Shown here piece after piece: positions 1-16,054 of a stretch of DNA of 64,000 nucleotides. Location of the stretch: assembly GCA_038087875.1 (NCBI GenBank), contig JAXLNO010000051.1, positions 186,001 to 250,000 of the forward strand, read 5' to 3'. The position numbers were made by a program, and so were the translations under genes. The notes under the pieces were generated by a model, which had not been told where the DNA came from, ran no database searches, and saw nothing but the letters and a program-made list of their open reading frames with translations. The DNA is from Malacoraja senta. Its lineage: Eukaryota. Numbering within the stretch: position 1 is the stretch's first letter; each line of letters opens with the position of its first letter.

Positions 1-3625
<3,625 letters not shown>

Positions 3626-3632
3626 GTTGATT

Positions 3633-3796
3633 TGTAGTCCCTTATGTCAGGTTATATAGAGTTTATTGGTTACAAGCACTACAACTTCTCACTTAGGAGT
3701 TCAATTTAAGACTAACGGAATGCAGCAGACCGTGACGCTAACAAGCTAGTGGGCGTAACTACAAATGCAAGACATAGCATGAGCCACGAATCTACA
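3633..3796 (-). repeat. Gypsy 3' LTR (TGTAG...CTACA), left-arm copy with a ~20-bp deletion
   Basis: Inverted termini TGTAG/CTACA, adjacent polypurine tract, AATAAA inside. Mirror of 18290-18474. Confidence 0.75.
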
Positions 3797-5105
3797 TCTC
3801 CCTCTTAAAGAATCAATAACGATGTATATCCATAACTAAGCAAAGCAAATATCACAACCGATGACAGACTGGTGGAAAGTGAAACATAGTTCGGATACAT
3901 CACGACCGGCCTGCAAACACGACCGGGACGTGTATGATAGAGGCTATCTCCATTATTTTTCTCTGGGGAAAGAGCAGGCGATGTCACCGCCGTGGGGGAG
4001 TGGACAAACGTCCCTGGAGTCGAAGCAGGAGAATGTGGCGCAGGCGAAGATGGAACAGACAGAGGAACTGTCGCAGGCATGGATTGTTGTGCTGGCAAGA
4101 GCATGCGGGGGTCACTAGATGCAGATTGAAATGAACTTGTACGATCCGGATAATAAGGAGGAGGGATTGACTCGTTCACAGGCAGAAGATGCTGTCTGTT
4201 GCGTCGGTAGGTGCCGCCATCGGCTCTAACAATGTACCAGCGTGGCTCCGAAGCGGGACCAGAAACCACCCTCATACGGTCATGGCCTTTTTCAGTCTGT
4301 AAGAGGACCACCTGTCCTTTGGTCAATGGTGGCAGTGGCTTACTCGTCTTGTCGAACCATTTCTTTTGAATGTCACGCTTTTGCTGCAACCTGGATTGAA
4401 CCTCCTTTGGCGGAAACACATGTGGGGTTAATGTGTGCTCCGCTACGGCAGCGTGGTACGGGTCTGCCTCTACAATAATCGTTGAGTAGATGAACCCAGG
4501 GCAGGATCACGGGAAATGTTGCGTAAGTTCAGTAAATCCAGGAAGACGTCAGAGCGAATATGAGAGCGTTCCATAAGTTGATTTGCACTTCTGACAGCCC
4601 GTTCAGCCAGCCCGTTAGACTGTGGATATGCAGGGCTTCTGGTGATGTGGTGGAAATTCCAGCGTCTGGCAAACTCTCTGAATTGTTGGCTGGTAAACTG
4701 ACTGCCATTGTCAGTCCGCAACTTGCCTGGAGATCTGTGGATGGAAAAATGACGAGATAGTTTCGAAATCACACCACTGGTTGTGGGGCTGCTGAGAAAA
4801 TCAATGTCGAACCATCCTGAATACGAATTCACGAGCACCAGGTACTGCTTGCCGTGCCATTCAAATAAATCAGCTGCCACTGTCGACCATGGGGAGCGCA
4901 GAGATAGGATGTGGCAGAAATGGTTGCTTTTGTTGATGAGGCGCCAGGCTATTGCACAGAGCATTAGCTGCTACATTATCGTTGATGTATTCGGCCATGC
5001 TAGGCCAGTAAAACATGCTTTTCGCCCGTGAAACAGTGGCTTCATCACCTGGGTGTCCTACACGGGCATCGTCAAAATAACAGTGATGCGGCGAAACAGG
5101 AACAT

Positions 5106-5196
5106 GGCGTTTCGGGTCGAAACCTTTCAGACGCACTCTGAAGAATGGTCACGGCACGAAACGCCACTCATTCCTTCTCTCCAGAGATGCTGCCTG
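5106..5196. mobile_element. Penelope-like terminal remnant with two divergently oriented degenerate minimal hammerhead ribozyme motifs
   Basis: Plus strand CTGAAGA(5138)-atggtcacggcac-GAAAC followed by cattccttctctccagagatgctgcctg. Minus strand CTGAAAGGTTTCGACCCGAAACGCC. Confidence 0.6.
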
Positions 5197-6035
5197 TTTT
5201 GTGCGTGGGAGCTTGGATGCATTCCGCAAACACCGAGACGGTAATAAATAAACGTCTGTCCCCGCGGTGGGGGGTGAATCACCCTGGTGTGGGGGTTGGG
5301 GTCCGATGGCGGTTGCCTCGCGGTCAGTGAGAGTGGGACGCTCCCGCGGGAGGAGACAGAAGAGAGAGAGAAGAGTAGAGAGAGAAGAGGAGAGAGAGAG
5401 GAGAGAGAAGAGGGTTAGAGAGAGGAGGAGAGAGAAGGGAGAGAGAGAAGGGAGAGAGAGAAGGGAGAGAGAGAAGAGGTGGAGAGAGAAGGGGAGAAGG
5501 GAGCGCGGGGTTCATTTTCGCACACAAGCCATAGGTGACTGGGCAATCTGAACCCAAGCACCAAGTTGAAAGCGGCCGAATGTGTGCATTCCTCGGAACA
5601 GCCGCCACGCTCCCACGGCCACCCTCCGTGGGCTGCGGGTCGGGTGGAGCGGAGGTTTGGGACAATGTTCATGCCTTCACAGTGATGTGATGGAAGCGGG
5701 GGTCTGGACAAATCGCTGACAAGTCCCGCCCCCGGCAACGTCATGTCCGTTATTGGATTTTTCTGTTGAGCGGCAGTCGGTCCTTAGGCTTGTTGGCGAC
5801 GCCGCCTTTCGGGTAGGTGGCGTTTTGTCAGAGCGGCCATTCGGTAAGTTTGCTTTTAGGCGACGCAGCTTTTCGGTTCGTTGGCTTTTAGGCATCCCGC
5901 CCTTTCGGTTAGTTTGCATTTAGGCGTCCCGTCCTTTCGGTTAGTAGGCGTTTCGTCTTCGGGTTCTTTCGGTTTGTTGACGTTTCGGCCTCCTTTCCAT
6001 TCGGTTCTTTGGCTTCGACTTCTTTGCTTCGGCTT

Positions 6036-6325
6036 CTTGTCTGTCGGCGCCACGTCTGAATATCATCTGGCCAGCCGTGCTTAATGACAGAAGTTAGCGA
6101 CCGTAGGGTCTTGTCTGTCGGCGCCACGTCTGGGTATCATCTGGCCAGCCGTGCTTAATGACAGAAGTTAGCGACCGTAGGGTCTTGTCTGGCGGCGCCA
6201 CGTCTGGGTATCATCTGGCCAGCCGTGCTTAATGACAGAAGTTAGCGACCGTAGGGTCTTGTCTGTCGGCGCCACGTCTGGGTATCATCTGGTCAGCCGT
6301 GCTTAATGACAGAAGTTAGCGACCG
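6036..6325. repeat. 74-bp tandem repeat (~4 copies) made of Gypsy pol sequence; a further copy at ~8174-8257
   Basis: tatcatctgg recurs at 6061, 6135, 6209 and 6283. The unit encodes DKTLRSLTSVIKHGWPDD on the minus strand. Confidence 0.9.
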
Positions 6326-8172
6326 ACAAATCCGGGGCAAAATAAAAAAGGGCCACTTTTCAACATAATTGTATAAGGGGTAAGAGCGTTGTAAAAACAA
6401 GCCTGAAGGCTTTGTGTCTCAATGCAAGGAGCATTCGTAATAAGGTGGATGAGTTGAACGTGCAGATAGCAATTAATGATTATGGTATAGTTGGGATCAC
6501 GGAGACATGGCTCCAGGGTGACCAAGGCTGGGAGCTGAACATCCAGGGATGTTCAATATTCAGGAGGGATAGAGAGAAAGGAAAAGGAGGTGGGGTAGCG
6601 TTGCTGGTTAGAGAGGAGATTAACGCAGTGGAAAGGAAGGACATTAGCTTGGAGGATGTGGAATCGGTATGGGTAGAGCTGCGAAACACTAAGGGGCAGA
6701 AAACGCTGGTGGGTGTTGTGTACAGGCCACCTAGCAGTAGTAGTGAAGTTGGGGATGGCATCAAACAGGAAATTAGAATGCGTGCAACAAAGGCAAAACA
6801 GTTATAATGGGTGACTTCAATCTACATATAGATTGGGTGAATCAAATTGGCAGGGGTGCTGAGGAAGAGGATTTCTTGGAATTTATGCGGGATAGTTATC
6901 TAAACCAACATGCAGAGGAACCAACGAGAGAGCAGGCTATTCTAGACTGGGTATTGAGTAATGAGGAAGGGTTAGTTAGCAGTCTTGTTGTGCGTGCCCC
7001 CTTGAGCAAGAGTGGCCATAATATGGTTGAGCACACGGTATTGGGGGTTCAGTATTGATGTGGATAGAGAACTGGCTGGCAAACAGGAAGCAAAGAGTAG
7101 GAGTAAACGGGTCCTTTTCACAATGGCAGGCAGTGACTAGTGGGGTACCGCAACGCTCAGTGCTGGGACCCCAGCTATTTACAATTTATATTAATGATCT
7201 GGATGAGGGAATTGAAGGCAACATCTCCAAGTTTGCGGATGACACTAAGCTGTGGGGGCAGTGTTAGCTGTGAGGAGGATGCTAGGAGCCTGCAAGGTGA
7301 CTTGGATAGGCTGGGTGAGTGGGCAAATGTTTGGCAGATGCAGTATAATGTGGATAAATGTGAGGTTATCCACTTTGGTGGCAAACACAGGAAAGCAGAC
7401 TATTATCTAAATGGTGGCCGATTAGGAAATGGGGAGATGCAGCGAGACCTGGGTGTCATGGTACACCAGTCATTGAAAGTAGGCGTGCAGGTGCAGCAGG
7501 CAGTGAAGAAAGCGAATGGTATGTTAGCTTTCATAGCAAAAGGATTTGAGTATAGGAGCAGGGAGGTTCTACTGCAGTTGTACAGGGTCTTGGTGAGACC
7601 ACACCTGGAGTATTGCGTACAGTTTTGGTCTCCAAATCTGAGGAAGGACATTATAGCCATAGTGGGAGTGCAGAGAAGGTTCACCAGACTGATTCCTGGG
7701 ATGTCAGGACTTTCATATGAAGAAAGACTGGATAGACTTGGCTTATACTCGCTAAAATTTTGGAGGTTGAGAGGGGATCTTATAGAAACGTAACAACATT
7801 CTTATGGGGTTGGACAGGCTAGATGCAGGAAGATTGTTCCCGATGTTGGGGAAGTCCAGGACAAGGGGTCACAGCTTAAGGATAAGGGGGAAATCCTTTA
7901 AGACCGAGATGAGGAAAAACTTTTTCACACAGAGAGTGGTGAATCTCTGGAACTCTCTGCCACAGAGGGTAGTTGAGGCCAGTTCATTGGCTATATTTAA
8001 GAGGGAGTTAGATGTGGCCCTTGTGGCTGAGGGGATCAGCGGGTATGGAGAGAAGGCAGGTACGGGATACTGAGTTGGATGATCAGCCATGATCATATTG
8101 AATGGCGGTGCAAGCTCGAAGGGCCGAATGGCCTACTCCTGCACCTATTTTCTATATATCTATGTATCTATG
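6326..8172 (+). mobile_element. CR1-clade LINE, 5'-truncated and internally deleted, inserted in the Gypsy element
   Basis: EN CLNARS..GITETWL..MGDFN joined to [20 protein letters not shown]-terminal RPHLEYCVQFW; 3' UTR ending in a degenerate (TTCTATGT)n tail. About 1.1 kb is missing at ~7030 relative to the copy at 23940. Confidence 0.93.
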
Positions 8173-9989
8173 TAAGGGTCTTGTCTGTCGGCGCCACGTC
8201 TGGGTGTCATCTGGCCAGCCGTGCTTAATGACAGAAGTTAGCGACCGTAGGGTCTTGTCGCTGGCAGTCTGGGCAACCAGGTCCTCCATCCAAGATGAAG
8301 GGATGAAGGATACAGTCATCACGTTAAAGTTATCATCTTGCGAGGGCAGATCCTCGCAGGTCGGCCGAGATGCATGTGAAAGAGTGCCCGCCAGGTGCAT
8401 ATCCATTCCACGTTTGTAGGTCAGGACGATGTCATATTTTTGAAGTTGTAGTAACATCTGTTGTCGGTGCGCTGGAGAGTTATGAATAGGTTTATTGAAA
8501 ATGATGATAAGAGGTTGGTGGTCGGTTTTAATTGTAATAGCGCGACCAACGATGAAATCGTTGAACATTTTGCAGGCGAACACAACCGCAAACAGCTCTT
8601 TTTCGATTTGGGCGAATCGTTGTTCTGTGTCAGACATGGTGTGCGAGGCCTAGGCGACAGGTTTATTGCCATGGCAATCATTCTGAAGGCATGCAGCGCG
8701 CAGCCCTTGTTGTGAGGCGGCACATGGCACATGGCATTAATAGTCAGTCTAGGATCAAAGTCCGCTAGAGTAGGGGTGGCCGACATCTGCCGTTTAAGAG
8801 TGTCAAATGCTGTCTGTTGTTGCTTATGCCAGGTCTAAGCAGAGTTTTTGTGTGTGAGATGGCGCAATGGGGCTGATATTTCGCTGAAATCTGGAATGAA
8901 TTTTCTCAAATAGTTAGCCATGCCAAGGGACCTCTGTAAACTGAGCACATCTGTGGGTGTTGGAAGCTCATTAATAGCACTGGTTTTCGCTGGATCCGTT
9001 TTTTAGGCCGTCTTTGGTAAATATATGGCCTAAGTATTTTACCTTATTCACTCTGAATTTGCATTTTTTAGGATTTAGCTTGAGATGGATGGCCTCTGCA
9101 CGCCACAATACTTTTGTCAGATTGGCATCGTGCTCCTTGACCGGTTTCCCAGCAATGAGGATATCGTCCACTACGATAGAGCATGGGTATCCTACAAACA
9201 ATTGTTCCATGGATTGTTGAAATACTTCACTGACTGGCAGAACTTATACCGAAAGGCTTCATCAGAAATTTATGACGTCCGAACGGAGTACTGAAATTTG
9301 TCAACTTGGAGGAGTTATGTTCCAGTGGAATTTGCCAGAATGAGCTCTTGGCATCTTGCACTGTGAATACAGTTGCTTCAGCCATCTGCGCCGCAATCTC
9401 GTCCACAGAGCACATAGGATAACGCGGCTGTTTAATTTCTCTATTTAGGTCCTTGGGGTTGAAACAGATCCGTATCTCATCTCTGTTATTCTTAGAAGCG
9501 ACAACCATTGTGGAGTCCCAGTTCGAGGGGTCAGTTACGGGAGTAATCACACCCAGAGTCACCATTCTGTTAAGTTCATTTTGAACGCGATCCGCATAGC
9601 GTGGGGAATATTGTGAGCCGGACGAACAAATGGGATTGCCTCAGGGTCAATAGTAATCGTGTATCCAACAGGCAACTTGCCCAGCTTATCATTAAACAAA
9701 TCCTTGTATTGTGTTAGAATTTGATGTGTAAAATCATAGTCTGTAGACAGTGGACAGACAGAAGGGCTGAAAGAAACCAAACTCATGTCTAGGCATGCAT
9801 CGGCACCCAGTATGGATGGAACCTTCTCGCGTACCACGTAGAAATCCAGGGTGTGGTCACGTGAGTTGTGACAGCAACGTCACTCTACTTTGCCGATAGG
9901 GTGCAGTCGAGAACCATCAAATGAGACAAGTGATGCAGTTGTATGAGTTAAATATTCCGTGTTTTTCAGCATCTGGAAGACAGCCAAAG

Positions 9990-10074
9990 AGGAATGCAGC
10001 ACGCCGCGATAACTGAAAAGCTATTGGGCGTAACTACACATGCCATGACTCATAACATGAGTCACTAATCTACA
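9990..10074 (-). repeat. Diverged remnant of the Gypsy 5' LTR, present in the left arm only
   Basis: ggaatgcagc...gggcgtaactaca...catgagtcactaatctaca aligns by eye with 3717-3796. Confidence 0.7.
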
Positions 10075-10596
10075 GGGAGAGGGAAATAAAGAAATAGAGA
10101 GAGAGAAGGAGAGGGAGAGGGAGAGGGAGAGACAGAGAGAGAGAGAGGGGCCGCAGAAGAGGGAAGGAGGAGAGAGAGAGAGGCGTAGAAGGGAGGGGGG
10201 CGAGTGAGACGAGGAGGGATAGAGAGAGACGCTAAGGGAGAGAGAGGAACGGGGGGGGGAGAGAGATCGAGAGGGTAAGAGAGAATAGGACGGGGAGGGA
10301 GAGATAGAGAGAGACAGGTAGAGAAGGGAGAGATACATGCAGAGTAAGTAGAGAGAGAGTCGGGAGGGAAAGCAGAGAGCCGCGGAGGAATGGAGAGAGA
10401 GACGTGGAGAGAAAGAGAGAGAGACGTGGAGGGCGAGGGGGAGACGGGGAGGGAGAGAGAGATGTGGTGAGGGAGGAAGAGGTGTGGGAGAGAGCGGGGC
10501 AGGGAAGGGACGGGAGAGAGCGATGGGTAGGGTAAGAGAAAGAGATGGAGAGGGAGGGGGGAGAGAGAGGGACGAACAGAGAGAGATGGAGAGAGA

Positions 10597-10634
<38 letters not shown>

Positions 10635-10665
10635 CGGGAGGAGAGGGAGAGAGAGACTGGGAGGA
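10075..10665. repeat. GA-rich low-complexity tract; CT-rich mirror at ~11585-12113 and another CT tract at 10992-11230
   Basis: Direct reading. Confidence 0.9.
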
Positions 10666-10791
10666 GTTAAAATGACGTTAAAAGTCATTTGGCCAGATAC
10701 ATTTGGCCAGACATTTTGACAGGTACATGGATAGGACAGGTTTAAAGGTATAATTACAAGTGCCCTCACCTAATTCTCTCATTTACAGGTG

Positions 10792-10991
10792 NNNNNNNNN
10801 NNNNNNNNNNNNNNNNNNNNNNNNNNNNNNNNNNNNNNNNNNNNNNNNNNNNNNNNNNNNNNNNNNNNNNNNNNNNNNNNNNNNNNNNNNNNNNNNNNNN
10901 NNNNNNNNNNNNNNNNNNNNNNNNNNNNNNNNNNNNNNNNNNNNNNNNNNNNNNNNNNNNNNNNNNNNNNNNNNNNNNNNNNNNNNNNNNN
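10792..10991. other. Assembly gap (200 N)
   Basis: Run of N. Confidence 1.
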
Positions 10992-11235
10992 TGTTCCTCC
11001 TCGTTCTCTCTTCCTCCATCTCCAGCTCTCACCCACCCCTTCGTCACTTTTGCATTCCCCTACCCGTCTCTATCCTTCCCCTCCCCGACTCCCTCTCTCC
11101 CTCCCTCCCCCTCTCTCTCCCACGCCACCCCGTCACTCTTACTTTCTCTCTTCCTCTCCCCTCCCCGTCGCTCTCCATCCCCACTCACCCTCTATCTCTC
11201 TCTCTCTCCCGCTATCTGTCTCTCTCCCTCCACGT

Positions 11236-11380
11236 AATAATAAGGAGTAAGCCATTTAGAACAGAAACGATGAAACTTTTTCTTACAGTGGTGGGTGTGT
11301 AATTCTCTGCCTCAGAGGGCGGTGGAGGCAGATTCTCTGGATGCTTTCATGAGAGAGCTAGATTTGGCTCTTAAAATAGA
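11236..11380 (+). mobile_element. Short CR1 3' fragment
   Basis: IRSKPFRTET..aattctctgcctcagagggcggtggaggca matches the reverse complement of the CR1 at ~41030-41180. Confidence 0.75.
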
Positions 11381-13919
11381 GGTCATCTCTCCCCATCTCT
11401 CTCCCCATCGGGTATCTGGCGCTGTGAGGCGGCAACTACCACTTAGATTTAAGGGAGGGCACCTGTAAATGAGAGAATTAGGTGAGGGCACTTGTAATTA
11501 TACCTTTAAACCTGTCCTATCCATGTACCTGTCAAAATGTCTGGCCAAATGTATCTGGCCAAATGACTTTTAACGTCATTTTAACTCCTCCCAGTCTCTC
11601 TCTCCCTCTCCTCCCCGTCTCTCGCTCTCTCTCTCTCTCTCTGTTCGTCCCTCTCTCTCCCCCCTCCCTCTCAATCCATTCTCTTACCCTACCCGTCGCA
11701 CTCTCCCGTCCCTTCCCTGCCCCGCTCCCTCCCACACCTCTTCCTCCCTCACCACATCTCTCTCTCCCTCCCCGTCTCCCCCTCGCCCTCCACGTCTCTC
11801 TCTCTTTCTCTCCACGTCTCTCTCTCCATTCCTCCGCGTCTCTCTCTTTCCCTCCCCGTCTCTCTCTCTACCTTACTCTGCATGTCTCTCTCCATTCTCT
11901 ACCTGTCTCTCTCTATCTCTATCTTCTCCCTCCCCGTCCTATTCTCTCTTACCCTCTCGATCTCTTTCCCCCCGTTCCTCTCTCTCCCTTAGCGTCTCTC
12001 TCTATCCCTCCTCGTCTCACTCGCCCCCTCCCTTCTACGCCTCTCTCTCTCTCCTCCCTTCCCCTCTTCTGCCGGTCCCTCTCTCTCTCTCTGTCCGTCT
12101 CCCTCTCCCTCTCTGGCTGTCTTCCAGATGCTGAAAAACACAGAATATTTAACTCATACAACTGCATCACTTGTCTCATTTGATGGTTCTCGACTGCACC
12201 CTATCGGCAAAGTAGAGTGACGTTGCTGTCACAACTCACGTGACCACACCCTGGATTTCTACGTGGTACGCCAGAAGGTTCCATCCATACTGGGTGCCGA
12301 TGCATGCCTAGACATGAGTTTGGTTTCTTTCAGCCCTTCTGTCTGTCCACTGTCTACAGACTATGATTTTACACATCAAATTCTAACACAATACAAGGAT
12401 TTGTTTAATGATAAGCTGGGCAAGTTGCCTGTTGGATACACGATTACTATTGACCCCGAGGCAATCCCATTTGTTCGTCCGGCTCACAAGATTCCCCACG
12501 CTATGCGGGATCGCGTTCAAAATGAACTTAACAGAATGGTGACTCTGGGTGTGATTACTCCCGTAACTGACCCCTCGAACTGGGACTCCACAATGGTTGT
12601 CGCTTCTAAGAATAACAGAGATGAGATACGGATCTGTATCAACCCCAAGGACCTTAAATACAGAAATTAAACAGCCGCGTTATCCTATGTGCTCTGTGGA
12701 CGAGATTGCGGCGCAGATGGCTGAAGCAACTGTATTCACAGTGCAAGATGCCAAGAGCTCATTCTGGCAAATTCCACTGGAACATAACTCCTCCAAGTTG
12801 ACAAATTTCAGTACTCCGTCGGACGTCATAAATTTCTGATGATGCCTTTCGGTATAAGTTCTGCCAGTGAAGTATTTCAACAATCCATGGAACAATTGTT
12901 TATAGGATACCCATGCTCTATCGTAGTGGACGATATCCTCATTGCTGGGAAACCGGTCAAGGAGCACGATGCCAATCTGACAAAAGTATTGTGGCGTGCA
13001 GAGGCCATCCATCTCAAGCTAAATCCTAAAAAATGCAAATTCAGAGTGAATAAGGTAAAATACTTAGGCCATATATTTACCAAAGACGGCCTAAAAACGG
13101 ATCCAGCGAAAACCAGTGCTATTAATGAGCTTCAAACACCCACAGATGTGCTCAGTTTACAGAGGTCCCTTGGCATGGCTAACTATTTGAGAAAATTCAT
13201 TCCAGATTTCAGCGAAATATCAGCCCCATTGCGCCATCTCACACACAAAAACTCTGCTTAGACCTGGCATATGCAACAACAGACAGCATTTGACACTCTT
13301 AAACGGCAGATGCCGGCCACCCCTACTCTAGCGGACTTTGATCCTAGACTGACTATTAATGCCATGTGCCATGTTGCCGCCTCACAACAAGGGCTGCGCG
13401 CTGCATGCCTTCAGAATTATTGCCATGGCAATAAACCTGTCGCCTAGGCCTCGCACACCATGTCTGACACAGAACAACGATTCGCCCAAATCGAAAAAGA
13501 GCTGTTTGCGGTTGTGTTCGCCTGCAAAATGTTCAACGATTTCATCGTTGGTCGCGCTATTACAATTAAAACCGACCACCAACCTCTTATCAGCATTTTC
13601 AATAAACCTATTCATAACTCCCACGCGCCGACAACAGATGTTACTACAACTTCAAAATATGACATCGTCCTGACCTACAAACGTGGAATGGATATGCACC
13701 TGGCGGGCACTCTTTCACATGCATCTCGGCCGACCTGCGAGGATCTGCCCTCGCAAGATGATAACTTTAACGTGATGACTGTATCCTTCATCCCTTCATC
13801 TTGGATGGAGGACCTGGTTGCCCAGACTGCCAGCGACAAGACCCTACGGTCGCTAACTTCTGTCATTAAGCACGGCTGACCAGATGACACCGAGACGTGG
13901 CGCCGACAGACAAGACCCT

Positions 13920-15765
13920 TACATAGATACATAGATACATAGAAAATAGGTGCAGGGAGTAGGACATTCGGCCCTTCGAGCTTGCACCGCCATTCAATAT
14001 GATCATGGCTGATCATCCAACTCAGTATCCCGTACCTGCCTTCTCTCCATACCCGCTGATCCCCTTAGCCACAAGGGCCACATCTAACTCCCTCTTAAAT
14101 ATAGCCAATGAACTGGCCTCAACTACCCTCTGTGGCAGAGAGTTCCAGAGATTCACCACTCTCTGTGTGAAAAAGTTTTTCCTCATCTCGGTCTTAAAGG
14201 ATTTCCCCCTTATCCTTAAGCTGTGACCCCTTGTCCTGGACTTCCCCAACATCGGGAACAATCTTCCTGCATCTAGCCTGTCCAACCCCATAAGAATGTT
14301 GTACGTTTCTATAAGATCCCCTCTCAACCTAAATTTTAGCGAGTATAAGCCAAGTCTATCCAGTCTTTCTTCATATGAAAGTCCTGACATCACAGGAATC
14401 AGTCTGGTGAACCTTCTCTGCACTCCCACTATGGCTATAATGTCCTTCCTCAGATTTGGAGACCAAAACTGTACGCAATACTCCAGGTGTGGTCTCACCA
14501 AGACCCTGTACAACTGCAGTAGACCTCCCTGCTCCTATACTCAAATCCTTTTGCTATGAAAGCTAACATACCATTCGCTTTATTCACTGCCTGCTGCACC
14601 TGCACGCCTACTTTCAATGACTGGTGTACCATGACACCCAGGTCTCGCTGCATCTCCACATTTCCTAATCGGCCACCATTTAGATAATAGTCTGCTTTCC
14701 TGTGTTTGCCACCAAAGTGGATAACCTCACATTTATCCACATTATACTGCATCTGCCAAACATTTGCCCACTCACCCAGCCTATCCAAGTCACCTTGCAG
14801 GCTCCTAGCATCCTCCCCACAGCTAACACTGCCCCCCAGCTTAGTGTCATCCGCAAACTTGGAGATGTTGCCTTCAATTCCCTCATCCAGATCATTAATA
14901 TAAATTGTAAATAGCTGGGGTCCCAGCACTGAGCGTTGCGGTACCCCACTAGTCACTGCCTGCCATTGTGAAAAGGACCCGTTTACTCCTACTCTTTGCT
15001 TCCTGTTTGCCAGCCAGTTCTCTATCCACATCAATACTGAAGCCCCAATACCGTGTGCTCAACCATATTATGGTCACTCTTGCTCAAGGGGGCACGCACA
15101 ACAAGACTGCTAACTAACCCTTCCTCATTACTCAATACCCAGTCTAGAATAGCCTGCTCTCTCGTTGGTTCCTCTACATGTTGGTTTAGATAACTATCCC
15201 GCATAAATTCCAAGAAATCCTCTTCCTCAGCACCTCTGCCAATTTGATTCACCCAATCTATATGTAGATTGAAGTCACCCATTATAACTGTTTTGCCTTT
15301 GTTGCACGCATTTCTAATTTCCTGTTTGATGCCACCCCCAACTTCACTACTACTGCTAGGTGGCCTGTACACAACCACCACCAGCGTTTTCTGCCCCTTA
15401 GTGTTTCGCAGCTCTACCCATACCGATTCCACATCCTCCAAGCTAATGTCCTTCCTTTCCACTGCGTTAATCTCCTCTCTAACCAGCAACGCTACCCCAC
15501 CTCCTTTTCCTTTCTCTCTATCCCTCCTGAATATTGAACATCCCTGGATGTTCAGCTCCCAGCCTTGGTCACCCTGGAGCCATGTCTCCGTGATCCCAAC
15601 TATATCATAATCATTAATTGCTATCTGCACGTTCAACTCATCCACCTTATTACGAATGCTCCTTGCATTGAGACACAAAGCCTTCAGGCTTGTTTTTACA
15701 ACGCTCTTACCCCTTATACAATTATGTTGAAAAGTGGCCCTTTTTGATTTTTGCCCCGGATTTGT
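13920..15765 (-). mobile_element. CR1-clade LINE (mirror of 6326-8172)
   Basis: ORFs 15031-15678 (EN), 14495-15034 (RT) and 14022-14513. Confidence 0.93.
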
Positions 15766-16054
15766 CGGTCGCTAACTTCTGTCATTAAGCACGGCTGACC
15801 AGATGATACCCAGACGTGGCGCCGACAGACAAGACCCTACGGTCGCTAACTTCTGTCATTAAGCACGACTGGCCAGATGATACCCAGACGTGGCGCCGAC
15901 AGACAAGACCCTACGGTCGCTAACTTCTGTCATTAAACACGGCTGGCCAGATGATACCCAGACGTGGCGCCGACAGACAAGACCCTACGGTCGCTAACTC
16001 CTGTCATTAAGCACGGCTGGCCAGATGATATTCAGACGTGGCGCCGACAGACAA
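15766..16054. repeat. 74-bp tandem repeat (mirror of 6036-6325)
   Basis: cagacgtggcgccgacagacaaga recurs with 74-bp period. Confidence 0.9.

Larger units (their letters stand above)
3633..10074 (-). mobile_element. Decayed Ty3/Gypsy LTR retrotransposon (PR remnant, RT, RNase H, IN), left-arm copy
   Basis: RT IRICFNPKDL and IVVDDILI; RNase H FAQIEKELFAVVFAC; IN GHPG..C, AADLFEW, TDNGSQFTS, PQSNGLAERAV. Many frameshifts. Confidence 0.92.

Noticed and set aside
11405..11560. Short SINE-like or LINE-like scraps near the palindrome centre
   Set aside because: Too short and degenerate to assign without a search.
10021..12183. Ser/Leu/Pro-rich and poly-X ORFs
   Set aside because: They derive from CT/GA microsatellite and the N gap.
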